Assembly (NCBI GenBank): GCA_965219385.1
Contig: CBDCNM010000002.1
Span: forward strand, 3,234,305 to 3,298,304
From: Candidatus Latescibacterota bacterium
GTDB taxonomy: Bacteria; Latescibacterota; UBA2968; UBA8231
Direction: 5' to 3'
DNA length: 64,000 bases
Below the pieces are notes generated by a model. The model was not told where the DNA came from. It was given only the letters and a program-made list of their open reading frames with translations, and searched no databases. This document shows positions 19,353 to 29,004 of the stretch, piece after piece. The position numbers and the translations under genes are program-made. Positions within the stretch are counted from its first letter, which is position 1. Every line of letters begins with the position of its first letter.

Positions 19353-19510
19353 TAGACAGCGGCAGGCCCCGGTTCATTCCCAAATGGTGGGAATGCCTCA
19401 AGTATCAGCGGGCTCTCTCTACGAGCTCCAGGTCGGACGGTTGGTCTCCAGTCATTAGACAGCGGCAGGCCCCGGTTCATTCCCAAATGGTGGGAATGCC
19501 TCAAGTATCA
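19305..19510. repeat. Perfect 103-bp tandem duplication of the ECF promoter and gene start
   Basis: 19305-19407 is identical to 19408-19510. Confidence 0.95.
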
Positions 19511-19625
19511 GGCAGACAAGGAGTTATGGCAACGGGGGCCCCTGGGTGCGTGGAATGTGATGCGGACTTGGAAGCCGGGAGAGCCCTGTGCCAGGGCCTC
19601 CCGGCAGGTCGCCTTCACGCAGCGG

Positions 19626-20672
19626 CTACCGCCTGCGTCTCTTCTTGTGCGGCGTCGCCTTCACCACCTTGACGACGCGGCCGCGATGCTTCGACCAGGC
19701 CGAGGCGTGGTAGTGGAACGGCGTGTGATAGCGCACGTGGCGGACTGACGGATAGAAGGAGATGGAGGCGCGAAGGTTGGGAGTGATGTACCAACTCAGC
19801 ACCGCCGGCACCGCATACCACCGCGGATAGCCGAACCAGTACGGGTACGGCGCGCCGTAGTAGGTCACCTCGACGTCGGTGTCGTCAGATCCCGGTCCCT
19901 CGAACTCGGAGTCGTCGTACGCGTACCTCCTCTGATAGACCTCGGCGACACTCAGCATCTCTTCGCTGACCTCAGACTGCGATTCTTCCTTGCTCAGCTG
20001 CCGCAGCTCCTCGGCGTGCTCGCTCGCCAGCTTCAGGTTGAGCTCGGCTGACAGCTCCCTGACACCCTCCGGATCCCGTTCGTACGCGTCTCCCAGGAGC
20101 ACGGTCAGGGTCATGTCCTCCTCCAGGAGCATCATGATCTCCGGGTGGTGGATGAGCCGTCGGTAGCTCTCCTGGGTCTTACGGGGGTAGGACTCGATCA
20201 GGACCTCGAACTGCTCGCCTGTGGCCGCGTTGAGATTTCTGATGTCGACGAGGACGTCGTATTCCGTGCGGCCGTACTTAATGGCCGTGTCGTGGATCTC
20301 GTCAGGGTAGTCCTCCAGAATCTTCCTGATTTCACGCTTCGTCTTGATGTCTCCCTCGACGAGTGCCTCGATCAAACCAGGGAAGCGAGTGAGGTCCCAG
20401 ATGGCCTCCTGGTCTTCCTGTTCGAGGTCGGACATGATGTCTTTGAACTCGGCGCTCGAGCCCTGTTGCAGCGCCGCCACCTTGACGATCAGCTCGGGGT
20501 GGGTCGAGGCCTCGAGGATGGCGATCCGGATCTCTTCGGGATACAGCGAGATCGCCTCGATACCGGCATGATCGTCGCCGAGGGTGCGCTCGAGCGACTC
20601 GGCGTCTTCGGCGTGGGCGACGGGGGAGAGTGTGAGTGCTACTGTCGTCAGCAATGCGGCAAGTCGGGTCAT
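19626..20672 (-). CDS. Secreted acidic helical hypothetical protein with an aromatic/basic tail
   Basis: 348 aa; GGAGG RBS, signal peptide, IEAISLYPEE, PYPYWFGYPRWY. Confidence 0.7.
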   Translation of the reverse strand: MTRLAALLTTVALTLSPVAHAEDAESLERTLGDDHAGIEAISLYPEEIRIAILEASTHPELIVKVAALQQGSSAEFKDIMSDLEQEDQEAIWDLTRFPGLIEALVEGDIKTKREIRKILEDYPDEIHDTAIKYGRTEYDVLVDIRNLNAATGEQFEVLIESYPRKTQESYRRLIHHPEIMMLLEEDMTLTVLLGDAYERDPEGVRELSAELNLKLASEHAEELRQLSKEESQSEVSEEMLSVAEVYQRRYAYDDSEFEGPGSDDTDVEVTYYGAPYPYWFGYPRWYAVPAVLSWYITPNLRASISFYPSVRHVRYHTPFHYHASAWSKHRGRVVKVVKATPHKKRRRR

Positions 20673-20688
20673 GATCTCCTCCTCATCG

Positions 20689-21210
20689 TCAATACGGGGG
20701 GAAGCGCTTCAGGATCTCCTCGACCGCCCTGTTGATGTTGTCCTGCTCCTCTGCCGGGTCGGCGTCGGAGTACACGGCGGAGATGCTCCACCCGCGCCAG
20801 ACGAGCTGGCGCGTCTTCGGATCGACGAAGTCGAGGATGAGGGTGCCTTCCTTGTAGCGCCGAACCTCGATGGGACGCGGCCCCCAGTAGCCATATCCGT
20901 ATCGGTAGACGTCTACGTCGGCCTTCTTCTTGAAGTTGATGTGGTAGGCCACCAGCAGGTCGGGGTCCGTCGACGTCCTCTCATACCCCTTGCCGGACAT
21001 CCGTTCGACGACGGATTTCTTGATCCGCTTCTCCAGGAAGGGTCCCGACAGCATCGACTTGGCGCTTTCGTCCGTCTCCGGCTTCGGCATCCAGTCGAAC
21101 GTTCGGAATGCGGAGAAGTCGACATCTGGATCGTAGTCGTGGCGCACCGTCATCGGCGTGCAGCCGATGAGCAGGGCCGCGAACGAGCTGGCGCAGAGTG
21201 TAGCTTTCAT
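20689..21210 (-). CDS. DUF4136 domain lipoprotein
   Basis: Lipobox LIGC, DYDPDVDFSAFRTFDW, YKEGTLILDFVD...LVWRG, FPP terminus. Confidence 0.9.
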   Translation of the reverse strand: MKATLCASSFAALLIGCTPMTVRHDYDPDVDFSAFRTFDWMPKPETDESAKSMLSGPFLEKRIKKSVVERMSGKGYERTSTDPDLLVAYHINFKKKADVDVYRYGYGYWGPRPIEVRRYKEGTLILDFVDPKTRQLVWRGWSISAVYSDADPAEEQDNINRAVEEILKRFPPY

Positions 21211-21374
21211 TGATCTGTCTCCCTTGGCGTCGACGTGGGCGCTGTGACCACTGTGCCGATCGACCCGCGTGCGACTGCCGGCTCGCACCCTGCAGACGCA
21301 TCAGCGCCGATTCCGTTCACCGCAATCTGCAGCCACGTCGTCAACTGCTCGTCGCCTGAACGTGACGAACTGCG

Positions 21375-21470
21375 TCAGCCAAAGAGCGACTGCAGATAGC
21401 TGAAAGCGTAGACGTACCAGATCGCCCAGCTGGTCAAGACGACGCTGGCGTCCCTGATGAAGCGTGCCAT
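21375..21470 (-). CDS. 31-aa single-TM small protein
   Basis: AAGGAG RBS, MARFIRDASVVLTSWAIWYVYAFSYLQSLFG, ECF-like promoter at 21522-21550. Confidence 0.5.
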   Translation of the reverse strand: MARFIRDASVVLTSWAIWYVYAFSYLQSLFG

Positions 21471-21649
21471 GATCTCTCTCCTTGTTGGAGGTGTTGGGTG
21501 TGTGTCACTGAATTCGCGGAGTTTGACAGCGACACCCGCGCAGTCATTCCACCACCGGCGATTTTTCTCTTTTTCCGAGCCGTTAAACACCCCGTTCAAC
21601 CGTCTCGTCTAATCGGGGGTGCCGACCGGAGGTGAGGGGGGTGCTGCCA

Positions 21650-22040
21650 GCCGGGTCGGAGGCGTAGAGGATGGCTCGATGGCGCCGGTGGGCGCGCAGC
21701 GGCAGCGGCTTGTTGCCCTTGAGCACCAGCACGGTCTCTGGATCGCGCCGGGAGGCCAGGACGGCCGTCATTTGCCCCCGGCAGAGCTTGAGGCGCTCCT
21801 TGAAGCGGTCGAGGTCGATCCGACCGTTGGGCGCGGCCCGGCCCGCCAGGCGGAAGAGCAGCTCGCTGTCCACCTGGGCGAAGCGCGGCAGCTTGAAGCG
21901 CCGGAAGAGGGTGCTGGCGTTGTAGATGGTGCCGTTGTGGGTGCCGAGGATGTCCCCGGCCCGGATGGGGTGGTTGTTCTCGTTGATCTTCTCATAGCCG
22001 TTGGAGCCCCGCTCGGCATCGCCCTTGTGGCGATGTCGTC
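21650..22040 (-). pseudogene. Internal fragment of a class II glutamine amidotransferase
   Basis: NNHPIRAGDILGTHNGTIYNA...AQVDSELLFRL...GNKPL...YASD; the N-terminal catalytic Cys region is absent. Confidence 0.7.
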
Positions 22041-22442
22041 GGCACCCACAACGGGCTCCGTGCTCACGGCCGCTGCCGCTGTCTGGTGGTCAAAGCCGAA
22101 CCCCATATCGGTCCAGACTCTATCCTATAATGGATACATACCGGAGCGGGGTTAGAAAACGTCGGCTTCGGGCGCCCGAGTGCAACGGGAGAGCGTTAAA
22201 CAAGCTTGAGGGGTGAACGGAGAATGAGAGAATCAGGAGGAGGTATGATCGGATATCCGCTCGCGACCCCCACGGTTGCACTCGGATACCAAGCGTGCCA
22301 TTTCAAAACAGAGAATCGGGGAGGATGTGACGGATGGCGCAAGTACTTGAAAAAGCGCCAGATACGACAAGCCCCCGAGAGGGCAATCCTCGGGGGCTCG
22401 CGTCAACGTGCAAGCCGCCAAAGTTGGCGGCTGGAAATTCGG

Positions 22443-22516
22443 TGGGCCCAGTAGGACTCGAACCTACGACCAACGGATTATGAGTCCGTCGCTCTAACCA
22501 ACTGAGCTATGGGCCC
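22443..22516 (-). tRNA. tRNA-Ile2 (CAT anticodon, lysidine type); full CCA not encoded (ACC followed by G)
   Basis: GGGCCCATAGCTCAGTTGGTTAGAGCGACGGACTCATAATCCGTTGGTCGTAGGTTCGAGTCCTACTGGGCCCA; the acceptor stem and CTCATAA loop resemble Ile2. Confidence 0.88.
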
Positions 22517-22557
22517 TTTGTAAAAGGATAAAAAATGTACGGCTTTTTCAGGTGCGG

Positions 22558-24402
22558 TCAAGAGTTGAGGCTGTGGAACTCCTTGACAAGGCCTTCCAGG
22601 GTCTGGTTTATCCGTGCAACCGCGTTTTTGTCTCCGGAATCGTCGGCTTTCCGCAGGTCTATCTTGGTCGAGTCGATCCGGCGCTTCAGAGCGTCTTTCT
22701 GGAAGCGCCGCAGGTAATCCTGCCACTGCTGTTCCACCTGGGTTTCGTCGAAGCCCTCCATGGCGCAGGTCGAGATGAGCCGGACCAGGGTTTCATCCTC
22801 GATGCCGCTCAACAGATGGGACAGGTCCAGAGGGGTGGCATCGCCGTGTCGCTCGAAGAGTATTCGGGCGCTGGCCTGGGTTTGCGGATTGCTAAAGACT
22901 TCGGGCTTGAGTTGCCGTGCTGTCGGGGCGATGAATCGGGGGAACTTCAGCAGCAGCCCCAGGAACTGCCTTTCCCGCAGAGGGAGCTCTTCCTGCACCG
23001 GTGCGGATTCCTGTTCTCTGGACCGGTGCGCAAAGTTCCGGCGGTTCAGATTCTGCTGAAGTTCCTGGCGGATGGCCTTTTCGTCGATGCCCAGGCGCTG
23101 TGCGACCTCCCGCAGCATCAGGTCCCGGCGCACGGTGTCCCGGCAATGGGCCAGCAGAGGCCGCACGGCTTCGGCGGCCCTGGCTTTGCCATCGAGGGTG
23201 GAAAGATTCCATTGACGCCCGAGCTGCTCCAGGTAAAAATCGAGGGCCGATCCAGCCGTTTTTACGGCGTCCAGCAGAGCGTCGGGGCCCTTTTCCTGGA
23301 CGAAGGTGTCCGGGTCGTGGCCTTCGGGCAGGGAGACCGCCCTGGCCTCCAGCCCCGTGCTCAGCACCACTTCGACCCCGCGCCGGGCCGCGTCGACATC
23401 CAGATCAACAAGATCCACCGGGTGATGGGTGCTCAGCACTACTTCGACCCCGCGCCGGGCCGCGGCCGAGCCGGCCGCGTCCCCGTCGAAGACCAGCACC
23501 ACCTGCCGGGCATAGCGCCCCAGGGCACGGCATTGTTCCTCGGTCAGGGCGGTGCCGGCCGAGGCCACCACGTTGTGAATGCCCTGCTGCACCAGGCTGA
23601 GCAGATCCATATAGCCTTCCACGACCAGGGCCGCGCCCTCCCGGCGGATGGCATCGCGGGTCTGGTGCAGGCCGTAGAGCACGGCGCTCTTGCGGTAGAC
23701 AGGGGTCTCGGGTGAATTCAGGTACTTGGGCTCCTGGTCGCTTTTCAAGGCCCGGGCGCCAAAGGCGATGGTGCGACCCGAGAGGTTGGCGATCGGAAAG
23801 GTCAGCCGATCCCTGAAGCGGTCGTAGTGGCCTCTTTGCCCCGGCGATGCCAGGCCGGCTTTCTCCAGGACATCGGGTTGCAGCTGGCGGTTTCTGGCGA
23901 CCTGGATAAAGTCATCCCAGGCAGGCGGGGCATACCCCAGCCCGAAGCGCTCTACGGTCTCGTCTGTCAGGTGGCGAGAGCGGAGGTATTCCAGGGCTTC
24001 CCGACCCTGTTCGTCCTCTGTCAGAAGATGATGGAAGTACTTCCGTGCCAGTTCGTTAGCCCGGTAGAGCGGATCCAGGAAGGCGTTCTGGTCGCGGTCG
24101 GCGGGGTGCTGGGGAAGGTCAATGCCGCAGCGCTGGGCCAGGAATGATACGGCTTCTACAAAACTGACGCGGTCTATTTCCTGGATGAATTTAAAGATGG
24201 GACCGCCGGCGCCGCAGCCAAAGCACTTGTAGATTTGCAGATCGGGGTTGACACTGAAGGATGGGGTATTTTCTCGGTGGAACGGGCACAGGCCCAAGTA
24301 GTTGCGCCCGTTTTGCTTGAGCTGGACGTACTCGGAGACCACTTCGACGATGTCGGTGGAATCCCTGATGCGGTCGATGATTTCATCGGGGATGCGGGGC
24401 AT
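22558..24402 (-). CDS. dnaG: DNA primase with a 24-aa in-frame insertion in the TOPRIM domain
   Basis: Zn finger CPFH...CFGC, YDRFRDR, KYLNSPET, VEGYMD, FDGDAAG, DPD. Confidence 0.97.
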   Translation of the reverse strand: MPRIPDEIIDRIRDSTDIVEVVSEYVQLKQNGRNYLGLCPFHRENTPSFSVNPDLQIYKCFGCGAGGPIFKFIQEIDRVSFVEAVSFLAQRCGIDLPQHPADRDQNAFLDPLYRANELARKYFHHLLTEDEQGREALEYLRSRHLTDETVERFGLGYAPPAWDDFIQVARNRQLQPDVLEKAGLASPGQRGHYDRFRDRLTFPIANLSGRTIAFGARALKSDQEPKYLNSPETPVYRKSAVLYGLHQTRDAIRREGAALVVEGYMDLLSLVQQGIHNVVASAGTALTEEQCRALGRYARQVVLVFDGDAAGSAAARRGVEVVLSTHHPVDLVDLDVDAARRGVEVVLSTGLEARAVSLPEGHDPDTFVQEKGPDALLDAVKTAGSALDFYLEQLGRQWNLSTLDGKARAAEAVRPLLAHCRDTVRRDLMLREVAQRLGIDEKAIRQELQQNLNRRNFAHRSREQESAPVQEELPLRERQFLGLLLKFPRFIAPTARQLKPEVFSNPQTQASARILFERHGDATPLDLSHLLSGIEDETLVRLISTCAMEGFDETQVEQQWQDYLRRFQKDALKRRIDSTKIDLRKADDSGDKNAVARINQTLEGLVKEFHSLNS

Positions 24403-24669
24403 GGATTTAAAGTAGCTTGTCGCTGGGTCCGGGTCAAGCAGCGGTGAATAACTGTTCGACTATGTTGGTAGAACTGTTTGATTCCCGTGAATGGCTCCAC
24501 TCGTTGTAAAAACGATTTTTACGATCAGAGCCCCAAAGAGCATGAATCAATTCTAAAATTCGGAATTTTAGGGCGTGAAAAGGAAAAGCCCCTGAAGCCC
24601 CTTCGGTCCCGGCGTCGACTGCCGGCGATCTCCTCAACCCCACCCCCGGGACGAAGTCGCTCCTGACTC

Positions 24670-24768
24670 TGTTGCAAAACGCTACTCGCGTTGTAATTGC
24701 GCCAGATCCCTTGTCTTCCCCTCTCCGGTTTTCCCTGTAGCCCCTTCATAGACATACAGTTGTAGCCC
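24670..24768 (+). promoter_or_regulatory. Truncated copy of the sigma54 enhancer module (UAS-like site and first IHF-like box, no -24/-12)
   Basis: TGTTGCAAAACGC...CGCGTTGTAATTGCGCCA and TAGACATACAGTTGTAGC align with 31835-31930. Confidence 0.55.
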
Positions 24769-24788
24769 CTCCACCGCCGCGCGCGAGG

Positions 24789-25271
24789 TTGCGGCCGGCC
24801 CGGTGGTTCCTCGGCGCCCTGCTGGCCCTCGCGGTGCCGGCATTCGCCCAGTCCGGCGAAGACCCGCCCTCGGTGTCCTCGGTCGCTGTGACGTCGGATC
24901 CGGGCGACGACGAGACCTACGGGCCGGGTGACCCCATCGAGGTCACGGTCACCTTCAGTTCGGACGTAACCGTGACCGGGACGCCGCAGGTGGCGCTCGA
25001 CATCGGCGGGGACACCCGGCAGGCAGCGTTCCGGAGCGGTTCGGGGTCCGCGGCGCTGGTCTTCTCATATACGGTGGCCGCCGGCGACGAGGACGCCGAC
25101 GGCGTCGAAGTGAAAGAGAACGGACTGGATCCGAACGGCGGCTCCATCAGGGCCGGGTCGGTGGACGCCGCGCGCACCTTTGAGGGCGTCCTGGCGCCCC
25201 ATGTCCGGGACAGCGACCGCATCGCGCCGGCGAAGCCGGTGGCGCGATCAGGATCAAGTCCGTATATTTAG
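24789..25271 (+). pseudogene. Fragment of a secreted protein with one Ig-like domain
   Basis: Signal peptide, then TSDPGDDETY...IEVTVTFS, homologous to the C-terminal domain of 35492-37609; it ends inside the repeat that starts at 25233. Confidence 0.65.
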
Positions 25272-25604
25272 GGCGCGTTCACCGTCGCGGTTGTACACCA
25301 CGCTGACACGCACTGTTCAAGGTTGGGATCATGGCCGAAACGACCAAACCTCAAGCTGCTCCGGACCCGGATAACACCCATTGGGGCGTCGCCTATCTGC
25401 GCGAAGACCTGCAGGACCTGCGCCAGCAGATGCGCGAAGACAGCAAAGACCTGCGCCAGCAGATCGCCGAGACCAATAGGCGCATTGACGAGACCAATAG
25501 GCGCATTGACCGGACAAATGAACTCATTGGATCCCGTTTCGCCTGGCTCATTACGACCATGGTGGCCCTGGCGGGCATTCTCGCCGCCCTGATCAAGCTC
25601 TGAG
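25233..25604 (+). repeat. Direct repeat copy 1 (about 100 bp of upstream DNA plus a small gene)
   Basis: Highly similar to 28541-29004. Confidence 0.9.
25331..25603 (+). CDS. Small coiled-coil protein with a C-terminal TM helix (DUF1640/CCDC90-like architecture)
   Basis: 90 aa; heptads ETNRRID x2; TM segment FAWLITTMVALAGILAALIKL. Confidence 0.75.
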   Translation: MAETTKPQAAPDPDNTHWGVAYLREDLQDLRQQMREDSKDLRQQIAETNRRIDETNRRIDRTNELIGSRFAWLITTMVALAGILAALIKL

Positions 25605-25891
25605 ACCCGCCCGAACCGGGCGCCGGCCTGCGTCCCTCTCCGGCACTGTCATCCCCTATCGTCTGGCCACTGACGGCCAGGAGGTGCGCTGGGACGCCCG
25701 CGATCGGCGTGGTCGTGGCCACGGACGTGTTGTAGCTATTGTGATCCGGCCTAAAGTGGAGGAGGTGGCTCACATTGCCGTCGCCTCGGACGCGATCTCG
25801 CCTTGAACAGGGGTTGCCTGACTGAGGCGTTCCATTTAATTTTGCCTGTTCTGAGAAACCCATTTTCACATCCTTGTCACAGGAGGCTACA

Positions 25892-28420
25892 GTGCAACAC
25901 AACTATCGTTTTTTCTCCCTCGCGCTCGGCATGGCCGCCATGCTCGTTGCGTATGGACCTGCCGCGTCGCAGGAAACGCCGCATTCCGGAAGCACGGATA
26001 CGACATCCATCTTCAGCGAAGTGATCATCCTCGAAGAACTGGTGGTCATTGGTTCCCGGGCAAAACCGCGTTCCGTCGTCGAATCGGCCGTGCCCGTCGA
26101 CGTGGTCAGCAGCGCCGAGATCGTCAAACAAGGCGAATCCGATTTGCAAAATCTGGTGAGAACGGTTGTGCCTTCCTTCAACGTCAACACCCAACCCATC
26201 AGTGACGCCTCCACTCTTGTCCGTCCTGCCAATTTGCGCGGCCTCGCCCCCGACCACACCCTGGTGCTCGTCAACGGCAAACGCCGCCATCGCAGCTCGC
26301 TCGTCGTTTGGCATGGCAATGGCGTATCAGATGGCGCCCAAGGGGCCGACCTATCGGTCATTCCGGCGATCGCCCTGAAACAAGTGGAAGTCCTGCGCGA
26401 TGGTGCCTCGGCGCAATACGGTTCCGACGCCATTGCCGGCGTGATGAGTTTCCAACTCAAAGACCACCACCGGGGCGGCTCGATTGAAATCAAACCCGGT
26501 ATCTACCAGGCAGGCGATGGTTTTACCCACAGCTTCGCCGGCAACATCGGTCTGGGCAGAGAAAGCGCGTGGGCCAACCTCAGCCTGGAATACGGCAACG
26601 CCGACGATACCGATCGCTCGGCGCAGCGCGACGACGCCAGGGCACTCATTGACTCCGGCAATACCGCCGTGGCCGATCCCGCCCAGGTCTGGGGTTCGCC
26701 CATCATCAGGAACGACCTCAAATTCTTTGCCAACTACGGCGGAAACCTGTCGGAATACACCAGGTTCTACGGCTATGCCAACTATGCGAGCAAAGAAGTG
26801 GAAGGCGGATTCTTCTTCAGGAATCCCAATACGCGCGGGGGCGTCTTCAGTGCCGATGGCGGTGAGACCTTGCTCGTGGGCAAATTGGACCCCGATGCGC
26901 CCGATCCTCCCGTAGTCGCGATAACCGACAACGTGGCAGACCCGGACGCGCTACAACAGGTCTTGAATAATAGAGACGACTATTTCACCTTCCGCGAACT
27001 CTTTCCCGGCGGTTTCACCCCCCGGTTCGGCGGCACCGCCGCCGATCAGGCCCTTCTCGTGGGGGTCAAAGGCACCCGTTTCGACCCGCTCTGGACCTGG
27101 GACCTCAGCGCCTATTACGGAAGCCACGAAGCCGACTTCGTGATCAAGAACACGGTAAATGCCTCCTTGGGACGCAATACCCCCACGGAATTTGATCCGG
27201 GAGGCTATATCCAGAAAGACCTCAATCTGAACCTCGACCTTACATTTCCGGCAAGCGAACAGGTCTTCCTGGCCGCGGGTCTCGAATACCGAAATGAAAA
27301 ATACGAAGTTGTGCAGGGACAACCCGAGTCCTATAAAATGGGTCGTCCTTTGGCCTCTCAGGGATTCAGTGCTGCGTCCAATGGGTTTCCCGGCTTCAGC
27401 GAAATCGCCGCCGGCGACTGGAGCCGGTCCAATTATGCCGCTTATGGGGATGCCGAATTAACCCCGACGGACAATTGGCTGCTCGGTCTGGCGCTGCGTT
27501 ATGAGAACTTCAGCGACTTCGGTTCGACCCTCAACTACAAAGCGGCTACCAACTACGGCATCACCGAAGAGCTGAAATTGCGCGGCAGTTTCAGCACCTG
27601 TTTCAGAGCGCCCACACCCGGTCAACAAAATTCATTCAACGTATCGACCCGGTTCGATCCGGCGTTGAATGACCTGGTCAACATAGGCACCATTCCATCG
27701 ACCCACGCCGCGGCGAAACTGGTGGGTGGCAAGCCTCTCGACCCTGAAAAGTCGAACAACCTCACGGCCGGCTTCATCGTGGACAGGGCAAACTTCAGTT
27801 TGACCGTCGATTATTTTCAAATCGACCTGAAGGACCGCCTGGGTATTTCAAAGAACGAATCTCTGACCGATTCCCAGCGCGACCAATTGATCGCTTCGGG
27901 CATAACCAGCGCGAGAAACATCCAGACCTTTCGTTTCTTCATCAACGACTTCGAAACCAGAACCCGCGGCGTCGACGTCGTCTTCGTCGCGCCTGTGGGC
28001 AATGGCGATGTCAGCCTTGTCTACAACTTCACGGACACAAAAGTTACCACACGCACCGAAACATTGAGCGAGACCCGCGTCCGCCAACTGGAGGAGGCAC
28101 TGCCCCGAAGCCGCGCCAACGCGACCCTGACGCAATCTTTCAACGACAGGTGGGATTCCTTGATTCGCATGAGCTATTACGATTCCTGGTGGGACCGGGA
28201 CAACGATCAGACATATCCCGCCGTATGGCCGTTGTTCGATATCGAAACCAGCATCGAACTGAATGCAGAAGTGCGGATCACCCTTGGCTCCCGCAATGTG
28301 CTCAATACCTTTCCAGAAGAAAATAAGAACAAAGGTTCTGTGGGTGAAAAGTACAGCGAGTACACCCCATTTGGTTTCAACGGGGCGTTCTGGTACTCCA
28401 AAGTCAGTTACGAGTTTTGA
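25892..28420 (+). CDS. TonB-dependent receptor
   Basis: GTG after AGGAGG, LEELVVIGSR, plug motifs LRGL.PDHTLVLVNGKR and VEVLRDGASAQYGSDAIAGV, C-terminal YEF. Confidence 0.95.
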   Translation: MQHNYRFFSLALGMAAMLVAYGPAASQETPHSGSTDTTSIFSEVIILEELVVIGSRAKPRSVVESAVPVDVVSSAEIVKQGESDLQNLVRTVVPSFNVNTQPISDASTLVRPANLRGLAPDHTLVLVNGKRRHRSSLVVWHGNGVSDGAQGADLSVIPAIALKQVEVLRDGASAQYGSDAIAGVMSFQLKDHHRGGSIEIKPGIYQAGDGFTHSFAGNIGLGRESAWANLSLEYGNADDTDRSAQRDDARALIDSGNTAVADPAQVWGSPIIRNDLKFFANYGGNLSEYTRFYGYANYASKEVEGGFFFRNPNTRGGVFSADGGETLLVGKLDPDAPDPPVVAITDNVADPDALQQVLNNRDDYFTFRELFPGGFTPRFGGTAADQALLVGVKGTRFDPLWTWDLSAYYGSHEADFVIKNTVNASLGRNTPTEFDPGGYIQKDLNLNLDLTFPASEQVFLAAGLEYRNEKYEVVQGQPESYKMGRPLASQGFSAASNGFPGFSEIAAGDWSRSNYAAYGDAELTPTDNWLLGLALRYENFSDFGSTLNYKAATNYGITEELKLRGSFSTCFRAPTPGQQNSFNVSTRFDPALNDLVNIGTIPSTHAAAKLVGGKPLDPEKSNNLTAGFIVDRANFSLTVDYFQIDLKDRLGISKNESLTDSQRDQLIASGITSARNIQTFRFFINDFETRTRGVDVVFVAPVGNGDVSLVYNFTDTKVTTRTETLSETRVRQLEEALPRSRANATLTQSFNDRWDSLIRMSYYDSWWDRDNDQTYPAVWPLFDIETSIELNAEVRITLGSRNVLNTFPEENKNKGSVGEKYSEYTPFGFNGAFWYSKVSYEF

Positions 28421-28540
28421 CTCCCTCGTAGAAACCCCACTCCGGGAGATTTCTGTGACACCGCTGCGGGCGCGGACGTCGATCAATTGATATCGCCGCT
28501 GTTTGCTGTGTGCTGACCGCTGAATGCTGACGGCCCGACA

Positions 28541-29004
28541 AAGCCGGTGGCGCGATCACGATCGAGTCTGTATATTTCCGTGAGGCGACGTTCACCGTCG
28601 CGGTTGTACACCACGCTGACACGCACTGTTCAAGGTTGGGATCATGGCCGAAACGACCGATCCTCAAGCTGCTCCGGCTCCCGATAACACCCATTGGGGC
28701 GTCGCCTATCTGCGCGAGGACCTGCAGGAACTGCGCCTCCAGATGCGCGAAGACGGCAAAGACCTGCGCCAGCAGGTCGCCGAGATCAATAACCGCATTG
28801 ACGGGGTCAATCAATCCCTCGGGCAGCAGGTCGCCGAGATCAATAACCGCATTGACGGGGTCAATCAATCCCTCGCGTTGCGCATTGACGAGACCAATAA
28901 GCGCATTGACCGGACAAATGAACTCATTGGATCCCGTTTCGCCTGGCTCATCACCACCATGGTGGCGCTGACGGGCATTCTTGCGGCCCTGATCAAGCTC
29001 TGAG
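28541..29004 (+). repeat. Direct repeat copy 2
   Basis: Same upstream sequence and gene as 25233-25604, with a longer coiled coil. Confidence 0.9.
28644..29003 (+). CDS. Small coiled-coil/TM protein, paralog of 25331-25603
   Basis: 119 aa; internal 54-bp duplication QQVAEINNRIDGVNQSL x2. Confidence 0.75.
   Translation: MAETTDPQAAPAPDNTHWGVAYLREDLQELRLQMREDGKDLRQQVAEINNRIDGVNQSLGQQVAEINNRIDGVNQSLALRIDETNKRIDRTNELIGSRFAWLITTMVALTGILAALIKL

Noticed and set aside
5424..22440. Prophage or integrative element between the two tRNAs
   Set aside because: No integrase, structural genes or duplicated tRNA end were found; only an amidotransferase fragment.
22443..22516. tRNA-Met assignment
   Set aside because: The paired G1-C72 GGGCCC stem and the absence of initiator GGG/CCC anticodon-stem pairs fit Ile2 better; elongator Met is not fully excluded.
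23357..23464. Functional mini CRISPR array
   Set aside because: The repeat is dnaG coding sequence with no leader or cas genes; kept only as an insertion scar.
25808..25860. TPP riboswitch upstream of the TonB-dependent receptor
   Set aside because: Only a GGGGTTGC...CTGAG resemblance; the downstream conserved core is missing.
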